This document shows positions 38,783 to 48,910 of a stretch of DNA of 64,000 nucleotides, piece after piece. Position numbers and translations under genes: made by a program. Origin of the DNA: Desulfobulbaceae bacterium DB1 (GTDB taxonomy: Bacteria; Desulfobacterota; Desulfobulbia; Desulfobulbales; SURF-16); the NCBI GenBank assembly GCA_001914235.1, contig MQUF01000021.1, positions 9,007 to 73,006 on the forward strand. The letters are read 5' to 3'. Below the pieces are notes generated by a model. That model saw only the letters and a program-made list of their open reading frames with translations, did no database searches and was not told where the DNA came from. How positions within the stretch are numbered: position 1 is the first letter of the stretch; the number at the start of each line of letters is the position of its first letter.

Positions 38783-39391
38783 ATGAGCACCCATTTAAAG
38801 CATCTTCCGGCGGAGGAGCGCCGGGCGGTGACTGTCGAGACCGTGGTTGCGCTGGCCGCGGAGCAGAACCCCAGTGATATCACGACAGCCGCGATTGCCG
38901 GTCGCATGGGGCTGACCCAGGGCGCCCTGTTTCGACACTTTCCCAATAAAGCCGCGATTCTGCAGGCGGTGATGGAGTGGGTGGCTGAACGGCTGTTGTC
39001 CAGACTGGAAAAGTCTATCCAGGGGGCGCCGTCTCCGCTGGCAGCGCTGGAGGCCATGTTCATGGCGCATGTCGAGTTTGTCGGCGAGCATCCGGGCGTT
39101 CCCCGCATTCTGTTCGGCGAGCTGCAACGTCCTGAAAAGACCGCCTCCAAGGCCATAGTCCAGGGACTCATCCAGCGGTATGGCCGGCGACTGCACCGCG
39201 TGATCGAAGAAGGCAAGGCCCGGGAAGAGCTGGACCCTCACCTTGACACGGAAGCAGCCGTCATCCTCTTTATCGGAACAATCCAGGGACTGGTCATGCA
39301 GTCGCTGCTGGCCGGTGATGAAAACCGCATACGTCATGATGCGCCGAGGGTTTTTGCCGTCTATCTGCGCGGCATCAGGAGGACACCATGA
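38783..39391 (+). CDS. TetR/AcrR family transcriptional regulator
   Basis: ITTAAIAGRMGLTQGALFRHFPNKAAIL is the HTH signature. Confidence 0.9.
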   Translation: MSTHLKHLPAEERRAVTVETVVALAAEQNPSDITTAAIAGRMGLTQGALFRHFPNKAAILQAVMEWVAERLLSRLEKSIQGAPSPLAALEAMFMAHVEFVGEHPGVPRILFGELQRPEKTASKAIVQGLIQRYGRRLHRVIEEGKAREELDPHLDTEAAVILFIGTIQGLVMQSLLAGDENRIRHDAPRVFAVYLRGIRRTP

Positions 39392-40539
39392 AAAAATTTC
39401 CCTTTCAGAGCCGCACTCCGCTGCTGTTGGCGGTACTTGTCCCGCTGCTCGCGCTCTTCATCTATGTCGCCCTGCGCTCCGGGCCATTGGCGCCGATTCC
39501 GGTGACAGTCGTCACCATCGAGGAGCGGTCCATTGCTCCGGGGTTGTTCGGCATCGGCTCGGTTGCGTCTCGCTACACTTACAGGATCGGCCCGACCTTT
39601 GCCGGGCGGGTCGAAAGGCTGGATGTGCAGGTGGGCGACCTGGTAAAGGCGGGACAGCTCCTCGGCGCAATGGCCCCGGTTGATCTCGATGAGCGGATCC
39701 GGGCCCAGGAAGCCGCGCATAAGGGCGCCGAGGCGCAACTGCATGAAGCGCGGGAACGGCAGACCTATGCCCGGACGCAAGCCCGGCGCTATGAACAATT
39801 GCTGGCAGTGCACTCGGTAAGTGAGGAGATCGCGGCCACCAAAACGCATGAACTGCGGGTGGCTGAGGCTGGTCTGGCCGCGGCGCAGGAAGAACTCGTC
39901 CGTGTCCGTGCCGAGCAAGAGGCCCTGGTTGCGCAACGCGGTAATTTGGATCTCGTCGCCCCGGTGGACGGCCTTGTTGCCGCGCGCGACGCGGATCCCG
40001 GTACCACGGTGGTGGCCGGCCAGGCGGTGGTGGAGCTGATCGACCCGAACAGCTTGTGGATCAATGTGCATTTTGATCAGATTCATGCCCGCGGCCTGCA
40101 GCACGATCTGCCGGCGCAGATCGTGCTGCGTTCGCAGGCGGGCGAGGTGCGAGCGGGCCGCGTGCTGCGGGTGGAGCCAATGGCCGACGTCGTGACCGAG
40201 GAAACCCTGGCCAAGGTGGTATTCGATCAACTTCCCGAGCCGCGGCCACCTGTCGGTGAATTGGCCGAAGTGACTGTTCTTCTGCCGCCGCTTCCGGCAG
40301 CGCCGGTCATTCCGAATGGTGCCGTCCGGCAGGTTAACGGCAGCCTGGGCGTCTGGCAAATTATAAACAATGATCTGCGTTTTACGCCGGTTTCGTTGGG
40401 CCGTGGTGACCTGGAAGGGTCTGTGCAGGTGCGTGAAGGAATCAAGTCCGGCGACCGGGTGGTCGTCTACAGTGCAAATGCCTTGCAGGCGCGCAGCCGG
40501 ATCAAGGTGGTTGATCACATTCCGGGGGTGAGTCGATGA
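39388..40539 (+). CDS. Efflux periplasmic adaptor (HlyD/MacA/DevB family)
   Basis: N-terminal TM segment, a coiled-coil hairpin and beta-barrel blocks (APVDGLVAARDADPGTTV). ATGA overlap with tetR. Confidence 0.85.
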   Translation: MKKFPFQSRTPLLLAVLVPLLALFIYVALRSGPLAPIPVTVVTIEERSIAPGLFGIGSVASRYTYRIGPTFAGRVERLDVQVGDLVKAGQLLGAMAPVDLDERIRAQEAAHKGAEAQLHEARERQTYARTQARRYEQLLAVHSVSEEIAATKTHELRVAEAGLAAAQEELVRVRAEQEALVAQRGNLDLVAPVDGLVAARDADPGTTVVAGQAVVELIDPNSLWINVHFDQIHARGLQHDLPAQIVLRSQAGEVRAGRVLRVEPMADVVTEETLAKVVFDQLPEPRPPVGELAEVTVLLPPLPAAPVIPNGAVRQVNGSLGVWQIINNDLRFTPVSLGRGDLEGSVQVREGIKSGDRVVVYSANALQARSRIKVVDHIPGVSR

Positions 40540-41741
40540 TCAGCCTGGCAGGACGGGACATCATGCATTCCTGGGGCAAGTTTGTCTTTACCGGCGTGGG
40601 GCTTGGGCTGTTGATCGGCGTTACCTTGTCCATGGCCGGCATTTACCGCGGCATGGTGGATGACGCCAAGGTATTGCTCGACAACAGCGGCGCCCAGCTC
40701 TGGGTGGTGCAGAAGGACACGCTCGGCCCCTATGCCGAATCATCGAGCATTCATGACGATGTCTGGCGCTCCATTCGCGCGATGCCCGGTGTGGCGCGGG
40801 CGGCCAACATCACCTATCTCACCATGCAGGTGCGGCAGGGCGAGCGTGACGTGCGCACCATGGTGACCGGTGTCACGGCGGGCGAACCGGGCACCCCCGG
40901 CTGGCCTACCTATCTTGTCGCGGGCCGGCAGATTACCCGGGGCCATTACGAGGCGGTTGCCGACATCGCCTCCGGCTTCAAGCTCGGCGATCACCTCCTG
41001 ATTCGCCGCAACCAGTACACCGTGGTCGGCCTGACCCGGCGCATGGTTTCTTCCGGCGGTGACCCAATGGTGTTCATTCCGCTCAAGGATGCGCAGGAAG
41101 CCCAGTTTCTCAAGGATAATGACGCCATCCGCCAGCAACGTCGCCGCACCGCCGAAAATTCGGCTTTCAACCGGCCGGAAGTCCCCGGTTTGCTCGACGC
41201 CGTTGTCGCTTCGCAAAGCGCCAACCCCTACGTCAACGCTGTTCTGGTGCAGATTGAAGCGGGTCACACCCCGGAAGCGGTGGCGGAATCGATCCGCCGC
41301 TGGAAGCGTTTGACGGTTTATACCCGCAGCCAGATGGAAGAGATACTCGTCGGCAAGCTGATCGCCACTTCGGCCAGACAAATCGCCATGTTCCTGGTGA
41401 TTCTGTCGGTGGTCAGCTCGGCCATTGTCGCCTTCATCATCTACACCCTGACCCTGGGGAAAATTCGTGAAATTGCCGTGCTTAAACTGATCGGCACCAA
41501 AAATCGAACCATTGTCGGACTGATCATGCAGCAGTCCATTGCCCTGGGTTTGATCGGGTTTGTGGTGGGCAAGATCACGGCCACCCTGCTGATGGCGCCG
41601 ATTTTTCCCAAATATGTGCTGCTTGAACCGCTCGACTCGGTAATCGGTTTTGCCGCCGTGGTGGTGATCTGCGTGCTGTCGAGCATTATCGCCATTCATG
41701 CCGCGCTGAAGGTCGATCCGGCCGAGGCCATAGGAGGTTGA
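40536..41741 (+). CDS. ABC transporter permease, FtsX/MacB-type
   Basis: 401 aa with an N-terminal TM segment, a large periplasmic loop and a C-terminal FtsX-like 3-TM bundle. ATGA overlap with the adaptor. Confidence 0.85.
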   Translation: MISLAGRDIMHSWGKFVFTGVGLGLLIGVTLSMAGIYRGMVDDAKVLLDNSGAQLWVVQKDTLGPYAESSSIHDDVWRSIRAMPGVARAANITYLTMQVRQGERDVRTMVTGVTAGEPGTPGWPTYLVAGRQITRGHYEAVADIASGFKLGDHLLIRRNQYTVVGLTRRMVSSGGDPMVFIPLKDAQEAQFLKDNDAIRQQRRRTAENSAFNRPEVPGLLDAVVASQSANPYVNAVLVQIEAGHTPEAVAESIRRWKRLTVYTRSQMEEILVGKLIATSARQIAMFLVILSVVSSAIVAFIIYTLTLGKIREIAVLKLIGTKNRTIVGLIMQQSIALGLIGFVVGKITATLLMAPIFPKYVLLEPLDSVIGFAAVVVICVLSSIIAIHAALKVDPAEAIGG

Positions 41742-41742
41742 C

Positions 41743-42453
41743 ATGGTCGGCAAGGGGATTCTCATCGAAGGGTTGAAAAAACGCTACGGCAAAGGCGATA
41801 CCGCCGTCGACGCCTTGAAAAACGTGGATATGCAGGTGGCTCCCGGCGAGGTGGTCGGTCTCATCGGGCCATCAGGGTCGGGCAAGAGCACGCTGCTCAA
41901 ATCGCTGGGGGCGGTGATCGAGCCCACGGCCGGCCGGATGATTCTCGGCTCGGAGGTGATTTATGACAATGGCTGGCGGGTGACTGATTTGCGGGCGTTG
42001 CGGCGCGATAAAATCGGCTTTGTCTTCCAGGCCCCGTACCTCATCCCCTTCCTTGATGTCACCGATAACGTCGCCCTGCTGCCCATGCTGGCCGGCGTAG
42101 CAAACGGCGAAGCGCGCCGGCGGGCAACGGAGCTGCTGAAGGAGCTGGATGTGGAACATCGGGCCCGCGCCATGCCGTCGCAGCTCTCCGGCGGCGAACA
42201 GCAGCGCGTGGCCATTGCCCGAGGCCTGATCAATCGTCCGCCGGTGATTCTGGCCGACGAGCCCACCGCGCCGCTTGACAGCCAACGGGCGCTGGCGGTT
42301 ATCCGGATTCTCAACGACATGGCCCGTCAGTATGAGACGGCCATCATTATCGTTACCCACGACGAAAAGATCATTCCGACCTTTAAGCGCATCTATCACA
42401 TCCGCGACGGCGTCACTTACGAGGAAGCCGGTGAAGGACGTGATTTTTCCTGA
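41743..42453 (+). CDS. ABC transporter ATP-binding protein
   Basis: [11 protein letters not shown] (Walker A), [15 protein letters not shown] (signature) and ILADEPT (Walker B). Confidence 0.95.
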   Translation: MVGKGILIEGLKKRYGKGDTAVDALKNVDMQVAPGEVVGLIGPSGSGKSTLLKSLGAVIEPTAGRMILGSEVIYDNGWRVTDLRALRRDKIGFVFQAPYLIPFLDVTDNVALLPMLAGVANGEARRRATELLKELDVEHRARAMPSQLSGGEQQRVAIARGLINRPPVILADEPTAPLDSQRALAVIRILNDMARQYETAIIIVTHDEKIIPTFKRIYHIRDGVTYEEAGEGRDFS

Positions 42454-42559
42454 AGTTCAAACGAATTGCTCAAAACAATGGAAAGATATCCCCGCCTTTG
42501 GACGGCAACAGGGCGGCTGCTCCATGCGGAACCGATTTCCGTCCTGTTGCCGCTCGGGG

Positions 42560-42775
42560 TTATTCTTCCACGCTGATTCCCTGTTTTTTCAGATCCTGCA
42601 GGACATTGTCGACCTGTTCTTTATTGCAGTCGTCGATGTGATAGACATTTTTCATGCCGTCGACAAAGTGCAGAATAAAATGGCCTTTGTCATCCACGCT
42701 CGCCTTGCGGATATGATCCTTGTCGAGCCACGGTTGCAATTCCTGCATAAAATCGTTCAAGCTGCAGCTTTTCAT
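42560..42775 (-). CDS. Small hypothetical protein (71 aa)
   Basis: ATG at 42775 preceded by GGAGG (MKSCSLNDFMQELQPWL...). The track ORF is longer (42877). Confidence 0.4.
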   Translation of the reverse strand: MKSCSLNDFMQELQPWLDKDHIRKASVDDKGHFILHFVDGMKNVYHIDDCNKEQVDNVLQDLKKQGISVEE

Positions 42776-43042
42776 GAAGAGTCCTCCAAATGAAGTAAGA
42801 TATCTGGGACGAATGCCTGGGCCTTTTCTTCTATCATACGCATCTGCGCGGATAATTTTAAGAATTTTTTCCAACAAGCGGTAAAAGGAAGAAGAAAACA
42901 GCTGATTTTGCTGTCAAAGAGTCGAGGGGGCACAGGACTTTCACTTGCTGAGGTGGTGTTTTTATCTTATCATCACATGTGTCTGCGTTTACACCTCGGG
43001 CTGCCTGCCCGACAAAACATTTTCCTTACAGCACCATACACC

Positions 43043-44452
43043 ATGCGAAATTTCCTTGAGTGGCGGGTTATCCTCGATATCGCCCTGATTACTCTTCTGC
43101 TTTATTCGTTTTACCGCACTCTTCGTGCCACCGGCACCTGGAAGATTGCCCTCGGGCTCACCTTCACCGCCGGGGGTGCCCTGGTGGCCCGACTCCTCGG
43201 TCTGCAGGGTATTGAGTGGATTTTTTCCAATTTCAGCCAGATTGCCGTGCTGGCGCTGCTCATTATTTTCCAGCCGGAGATCCGGCGTATTCTTGAACGC
43301 ACCTTTTCCATCGGCCATCATCGACGGATGGGAACCGAAACCAGGGCCGCGGAGATAGTCGATCAGTCGCTTTTTGATCTGGCCGAGCGGAGATGGGGGG
43401 CGCTGCTTGTCTTGCCGGGGGAAGTGCCGTTGCAGCAGTGGGTGACGGAAGGCGTCCGGATTGATGGGCTGGCCGGGGTTCAGCTGTTGCTCAGTCTTTT
43501 TGATCCCACGTCGCCCGGACATGACGGCGCCGCGATCATGGCCGAAAAGCGAATCAGTCGCTTCGGCGTTCATCTTCCCCTGTCCACCTCCAATCGCCTG
43601 TCAAAGGATCTGGGCACCAGACATCATGCGGCCATGGGGCTTGCCGAGAAAACGGATGCCCTGGTTTTTGCCGTCAGCGAGGAAAGGGGAGTGGTCACCG
43701 CCTTTCTTGATGGGGAAATGGTGAAGTTGAGCTCCAGAGGCGATGCGGCAAAGCTCATTCATGAGCATTACCGGCGGCTGGAGAGATTTGCCGGAAGTGT
43801 TGTCAGGAAAAAGAAGAATCCCCTGCTGGCCTTTGCTGAAATAGGAGTCAGTTTTTCCTTGGCCGTGCTGCTCTGGCTGACCTTGATTCAGTCCGGAACC
43901 GAGATCCGGGAGATGCTTTTCACCGTGCCGATCGAATACAACAAGGCGACAAAAAACATCGAGGTGATCGGTAAGCAGGAAGAGGCAAAGCTTCTCATGG
44001 AGGGTCCCCTGACGACTCTGCGGTCCATTGATCCTTACCAGTTGCGGGTTCAGGTGGATTTGTCCAGTCTTGGCCCCGGCCGCCACCAGATTGATCTGTC
44101 CGAGGCCAACATTGTTGTCCCCAATAAACTGCGGCTGCTTGACATTCAACCGCAGAACTTCAAGGTACAGCTCAAGCAGGTTGCGGCGCGAAACATCACC
44201 ATCACCCCGCAGTTTATCGGCACGCTGCCCTCGGGTCACCGGATCAGCCGCATGGAAATCACGCCGACATCGATTACCGTTGAGAACGCCGCGCACATCG
44301 ACACCCTGACCACGACGCCCATTTATCTGAGCGGCCTGGGAGAAAGCACCACGGTACAATGCCGGATCGTGGTGCCGGAGACGCTGCAGGAGCAGGAAAA
44401 AAAATGGCCCGATGTCGTCGTCAAACTGACCATTGTCAAAGATAAAAAATAG
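43043..44452 (+). CDS. cdaA: Diadenylate cyclase CdaA fused to C-terminal TM + YbbR (CdaR-like) domains
   Basis: Three N-terminal TM helices, then a DAC domain (GALLVL...SPGHDGAAIM...LGTRHHAAMGLAEKTDALVFAVSEERG). A further TM (LLAFAEIGVSFSLAVLLWLTLI) follows, then repeated YbbR-like beta-rich modules. Start chosen at MRNFLEW (43043). Confidence 0.8.
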   Translation: MRNFLEWRVILDIALITLLLYSFYRTLRATGTWKIALGLTFTAGGALVARLLGLQGIEWIFSNFSQIAVLALLIIFQPEIRRILERTFSIGHHRRMGTETRAAEIVDQSLFDLAERRWGALLVLPGEVPLQQWVTEGVRIDGLAGVQLLLSLFDPTSPGHDGAAIMAEKRISRFGVHLPLSTSNRLSKDLGTRHHAAMGLAEKTDALVFAVSEERGVVTAFLDGEMVKLSSRGDAAKLIHEHYRRLERFAGSVVRKKKNPLLAFAEIGVSFSLAVLLWLTLIQSGTEIREMLFTVPIEYNKATKNIEVIGKQEEAKLLMEGPLTTLRSIDPYQLRVQVDLSSLGPGRHQIDLSEANIVVPNKLRLLDIQPQNFKVQLKQVAARNITITPQFIGTLPSGHRISRMEITPTSITVENAAHIDTLTTTPIYLSGLGESTTVQCRIVVPETLQEQEKKWPDVVVKLTIVKDKK

Positions 44453-44499
44453 CGCTGATTCAGGCGTTGATGCATAAAGATGCAGGAGGAAAATATTTC

Positions 44500-46809
44500 A
44501 TGAAGCGACCCCCTCTTCTTACCGAAGACGGATATCTTTTCCTTGATCCGGGTGCCGAGCCCACCATCGACGAGGAGCTCGGCGTTCCGAAACTGACCGG
44601 CTTCATGCGTCTGGAGGACACCAGTGACACGTTGCGCGGGGTGTTGGCTGACCTGATGAGCGAAGGGCAGCTCCGGGAGCGGTGTTGCCTGATCGGCCGC
44701 AGCGGCCACTCACAGATCGGACTCGATGTTGATTTCGGTGCGGGCGAACCGCGGATAGACACGCGTCTGCGGCGGATAGATCTGCCGGTGCAGCTCATGT
44801 CGCTTAATTCCCATATTCCCGACATGCTTTTTTCCGAAATCCGCGCCATTGTCGACAGCAACCTGCGGTTGACCATCGGCAGGCTTTTTATCCCCATGGA
44901 AAAGCCGTTGTCAGGTCCGGAAATAGCCGAGGCGCAGGAGATACATCAGCTGCTGCTGCCCCACCGGGCAAGCGTCAGCGCGGAGGGGGTAATCACCATT
45001 CCCCTGGAAAATATCAGTTATTTGCTGTCCACCGCCATTCTTACCGCGGGACAGAATGCCCAGATCGTTCTCCGCCAGTCCAAGGAGGGCTTGGGGCTTA
45101 TCCAGTACCCCTCGCGCGCCGGGCTGCCGGAAATGCTGGAGGAGGGCGACTTTCTCTGCGGCGCCATCCGTATCTCCCTGGGGCCGTATAACGCCCTCAT
45201 CGAACGGGAGCTGAGTGAGCCGGGGGTCTTCCATCTGGCCGCCCGTTTGCTTGATGCGGTGCGAACCAGCGGGCTCAATGTGCCCCGCCAGGTTGAGATT
45301 TTTAACGGCAGCGACAAGAAAGTTGCCACCGGGAGCCTGTTTCTCCGGCTGCGCCTTTTTTCCGCCGATCATGCAACCACACGAGTTGCGGCCAGGGTAC
45401 TGACTCCCAGCCGGGCCGGGAAAATCATGCAGCAGGGGGTTGATTTTGCCGATGCCACCAATATTTTCGAGCAGGAGGTCTGCGACGTCCTTTTTGACGG
45501 CATCAGTTCCGATCCGGTGGAGCGCGGCATCTACGGCCGGATCCTGACCCGCAGCAAATGTATCGACATTCAGCGGGAGATGCTGGAAAACGAATGGCAT
45601 GAAAGCGCCCAGAACAGGATTGTCTACGAAGTCATACGGGGCACCATAACGTCGGGTGTGCATCGCGGCCAGCAGATCAGCCCTGATCTGCGGGGTTTTG
45701 TCGAGAGTCTTGAGCTGGTGGGCGGCGGACAGAATCTGCACAAGGTTTTTGTGACCCATGAATTTCCGGTTACCGATACCCTGCGGGTGCTGAAACGCAA
45801 CAACGTCGGAGTTTTTGTCGGTCGCAGCATCAGGTGCCGGGAAATCTCGTTGGTGGGGGACAAATGTTCCGTTCAGTCCGGCGGCAATATCTACTTTGGT
45901 CAGACCACCTATGAAACCTTCTGTGATCTCTCCGACCGGGAAGGCGCCCGTTTTTATATGATTTTCGGGGAAGGCGAAAGCCGCCATGTGCGGGAATTCC
46001 ACCGCGGCTTCTGGATGACCAGGGAGGGCAAGGAGGACGTGGCGGATGTGCATACCATGATCGCCATGTTCGGTTCCCATGTGGAAGGGACGGACGAAGT
46101 GCTGACCGAACAGATCCATCGTTTTTTTCAGCAGCTGTCCACCGTGCCCGAAATCGGCGGCAAATTTGCCGTCTGCCACGGCAGCGGGCCGGGGGTAATG
46201 CGCATTGCCGACGAAGCGGCGGCGGAAAAGGGAATCCTGCGCATCGGCATCGGCATTGACAGCGAAAAGATCGGTCAACAGGCCAACCTGCGGCCCTCGA
46301 TTCTGCTTAATTTCAATAATTCGGCCCGGCACATGCGGCAGAATATTCTTGACCGCACCTCGCTTTTTAAAATCTATAACATCGGCGGCATGGGCACCTT
46401 TGAGGAGCTGCTGATCGCCATTACCAATCTCAAGCTTTTTGAAAGCCTGCCCGCGCCCCATATCTTTGTCGATCCTTTCGGGCTCGGCGAAAACGGCACC
46501 CATCTCTGGCAGTCCACCCTGGCGCAACTGAAAACGGCGTCCAGCCCAAAAACCATCGGCAGCCACACCGTGCGGCTCGCTCCGGTCTGGGTTCCCAATT
46601 TCTGTCATGTGGTGAAGGACTATGACGGGGTGCTGGCGATCATCGCGGATTTTGCCCGAGATCCCGCCGCCTACTGGGAAAAGGCGGGCATTCCGGACAG
46701 CGACCTGCTGCTGGCTTTTGATAACGCCATCCGGGCCGGTGTGATTATTCCCCCTTACATGCAGGCGGCGGTAATCCGGAAGGGCCTCCTCATCGCAAAA
46801 TCGGAGTAG
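44500..46809 (+). CDS. Large protein with C-terminal LOG/PpnN-like (TIGR00730-type) nucleotide-binding domain; N-terminal ~480 aa unknown
   Basis: The C-terminal blocks FAVCHGSGPGVMRIADEAA and YNIGGMGTFEELLIAITNL match the LOG-family GxGxGxM and PGGxGTxEE motifs. Start is the ATG at 44500 after AGGAGG. Confidence 0.6.
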   Translation: MKRPPLLTEDGYLFLDPGAEPTIDEELGVPKLTGFMRLEDTSDTLRGVLADLMSEGQLRERCCLIGRSGHSQIGLDVDFGAGEPRIDTRLRRIDLPVQLMSLNSHIPDMLFSEIRAIVDSNLRLTIGRLFIPMEKPLSGPEIAEAQEIHQLLLPHRASVSAEGVITIPLENISYLLSTAILTAGQNAQIVLRQSKEGLGLIQYPSRAGLPEMLEEGDFLCGAIRISLGPYNALIERELSEPGVFHLAARLLDAVRTSGLNVPRQVEIFNGSDKKVATGSLFLRLRLFSADHATTRVAARVLTPSRAGKIMQQGVDFADATNIFEQEVCDVLFDGISSDPVERGIYGRILTRSKCIDIQREMLENEWHESAQNRIVYEVIRGTITSGVHRGQQISPDLRGFVESLELVGGGQNLHKVFVTHEFPVTDTLRVLKRNNVGVFVGRSIRCREISLVGDKCSVQSGGNIYFGQTTYETFCDLSDREGARFYMIFGEGESRHVREFHRGFWMTREGKEDVADVHTMIAMFGSHVEGTDEVLTEQIHRFFQQLSTVPEIGGKFAVCHGSGPGVMRIADEAAAEKGILRIGIGIDSEKIGQQANLRPSILLNFNNSARHMRQNILDRTSLFKIYNIGGMGTFEELLIAITNLKLFESLPAPHIFVDPFGLGENGTHLWQSTLAQLKTASSPKTIGSHTVRLAPVWVPNFCHVVKDYDGVLAIIADFARDPAAYWEKAGIPDSDLLLAFDNAIRAGVIIPPYMQAAVIRKGLLIAKSE

Positions 46810-46923
46810 CCCGTCTCGTGCTGCCGCGTATCGCAAGCTGCTCGGCAACCGAGTGATGTTTGCCAACAGTTCGAGATTATCGGGTTGAAAAACAATGCCA
46901 TTTTCTGAAGAGAGGTTCTGCAA

Positions 46924-48885
46924 ATGGGCGTAGCCGCGGATATCGTCATTATCGTGGTTGCCGCCTTGATTGGCGCGCTGATTGCGCAAAGGATCAAACA
47001 GCCGTTGATCCTGGGGTACATACTTGCCGGCATCGTTGTCGGGCCGCATACGGGCGGGGTGACGGTCGGCGATATTCATGAAATCGAACTCCTGGCGGAA
47101 ATCGGCGTGGCCCTTCTTCTTTTTGCACTGGGGCTGGAATTTTCCATCAGCGAATTAAAACCGGTTCGCAATATCGCCCTGTTCGGCACTCCTGTTCAAA
47201 TTCTGCTCACCATCGCCCTTGGCTTTGGTCTTGGCAGGTATTTAGGCTGGTCCTCGGTCAATGCATTATGGTTCGGTGCCCTCATATCGCTTTCCAGCAC
47301 CATGGTGACCCTGAAGACCCTGATGAGCAGAGGGCTTGTGGGGACACTTTCCAGCCGGGTCATGATCGGCATGCTTATTGTGCAGGATCTGGCCGTCATC
47401 CCGATGATGATTATCCTGCCGCAGTTGAGCAACCCCGAAGCCGGTTTGCCCCTGTTGGCCATTGCCGTCGTCAAGTCCGTCATCTTCCTGGTGGTGATGC
47501 TTTATCTGGGCAGAAAGTTACTGCCATGGCTGCTGGCGCAGGTGGCCAACTGGAATTCCCGCGAGCTTTTCATCCTGTCCATTACCGCCATAGGTCTTGG
47601 AGTGGGGTATGCCACCTACCTTTTCGGGCTTTCTTTTGCTTTCGGTGCGTTTGTTGCCGGAATGGTTCTCAGCGAGTCTGATTACGGCCATCAAGCATTG
47701 AGTGACATTGTTCCCCTGCGGGACATCTTCGGTCTTTTGTTTTTTACATCAGTGGGCATGTTGCTTGACCCGGTTTTTTTGTTCGAAAACTGGGGCAAAA
47801 TTCTCTCCCTGGTTCTCATTGTCGGCCTGTTCAAGGGGGCAATATTCTCCGTGCTGGCCATGCTGTTCGGCTATATCAATATCGTGCCGATTGCTGTCGG
47901 GCTCGGGCTGTTCCAGGTGGGTGAATTTGCCTTTGTCCTTGCCCGGGTGGGTCTTGAGACCCAGGCCATCGACCAGAACATGTATTCCCTCGTCCTCGCC
48001 ATATCGGTGTCGAGCATGGTGTTGACCCCATTTGCATCGGCCCTGGCCTCCCCTCTTTACAAATTAAAAAAACGGCTCTTCCGGTATGAGCCCCTGCAGA
48101 CGGAGAACATCCCTCATTCCGGGCTCAAGGACCATGTCGTCATTGCCGGAGGCGGACGGGTGGGACAACATATTGCGAAGATCCTGACCCAGCTCGATCT
48201 TCCTTTTGTCATTATTGAGTTGAATCACCAGCGAATGCTTGAATGCAAGACGGCAAAATTTCCAGTCATCTATGGCGATATGAGTCAGTCGACGGTAATC
48301 GAGGTCTCACGAGTGCATGCCGCCAGGCTTTTGCTGATTACCACCCCTTCGGTTATCACGGCTCAGTCCATTGTCAAACAGGCTCATCTTTTCAGGCCGG
48401 ACTTGCATATCATTGTCAGGGCCAATGGCGCTGAGCAGGCTCGGACCTTATATGAAAACGGGGTTTACATGGCGGTTCTGCCGGAGATGGAGGCAGGGCT
48501 CGAAATCGCACGGCAGGCCCTTCTTCATCTGGAAATTCCCGTGGCTGTTATTCAACAGTATACGGATGGGGTGCGACAACAGCTTTATGCGCCGATTTAT
48601 CAATCAAGCAGTGATCAGCAACTTTTGACCAAGCTTGATAATATAAAAAACATGTTGGAAATTTCATGGGTTACGCTGACACCGGCAAGTCCTCTTGTCG
48701 GCAAAAGTATTAAAGAGGCTGCCGTTCGCACCAGTACCGGAGCATCCATCGTCGGTATTATTCATGAAAAAATATTTCATTCCAATCCAAAAGCAAATTA
48801 TTCCTTTCAGGAAGGAGATCTGGTGGCGGTTGTCGGCAATCAACAGGAACGCAATGAATTTAAAAGACTGGCCGGATGTTGCTGA
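46924..48885 (+). CDS. CPA2 (Kef-type) cation:proton antiporter with RCK N (TrkA-N) and RCK C (TrkA-C) domains
   Basis: About 380 aa of TM domain, then [17 protein letters not shown] (Rossmann), then a C-terminal TrkA-C-like segment ([31 protein letters not shown]). Confidence 0.85.
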   Translation: MGVAADIVIIVVAALIGALIAQRIKQPLILGYILAGIVVGPHTGGVTVGDIHEIELLAEIGVALLLFALGLEFSISELKPVRNIALFGTPVQILLTIALGFGLGRYLGWSSVNALWFGALISLSSTMVTLKTLMSRGLVGTLSSRVMIGMLIVQDLAVIPMMIILPQLSNPEAGLPLLAIAVVKSVIFLVVMLYLGRKLLPWLLAQVANWNSRELFILSITAIGLGVGYATYLFGLSFAFGAFVAGMVLSESDYGHQALSDIVPLRDIFGLLFFTSVGMLLDPVFLFENWGKILSLVLIVGLFKGAIFSVLAMLFGYINIVPIAVGLGLFQVGEFAFVLARVGLETQAIDQNMYSLVLAISVSSMVLTPFASALASPLYKLKKRLFRYEPLQTENIPHSGLKDHVVIAGGGRVGQHIAKILTQLDLPFVIIELNHQRMLECKTAKFPVIYGDMSQSTVIEVSRVHAARLLLITTPSVITAQSIVKQAHLFRPDLHIIVRANGAEQARTLYENGVYMAVLPEMEAGLEIARQALLHLEIPVAVIQQYTDGVRQQLYAPIYQSSSDQQLLTKLDNIKNMLEISWVTLTPASPLVGKSIKEAAVRTSTGASIVGIIHEKIFHSNPKANYSFQEGDLVAVVGNQQERNEFKRLAGCC

Positions 48886-48910
48886 CACATCCGGCCCGGG
48901 GGAAGGTTTT

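Noticed and set aside
40740-41765. 341-aa minus ORF
   Set aside because: It is antisense to the FtsX-type permease.
44911-47079. 722-aa minus ORF, the longest shadow ORF in the window
   Set aside because: It is antisense to the LOG-like gene and the start of the antiporter gene. The ORF is Gly/Arg/Asp/Pro-rich and has no motifs. The + strand genes have RBSs and family motifs.
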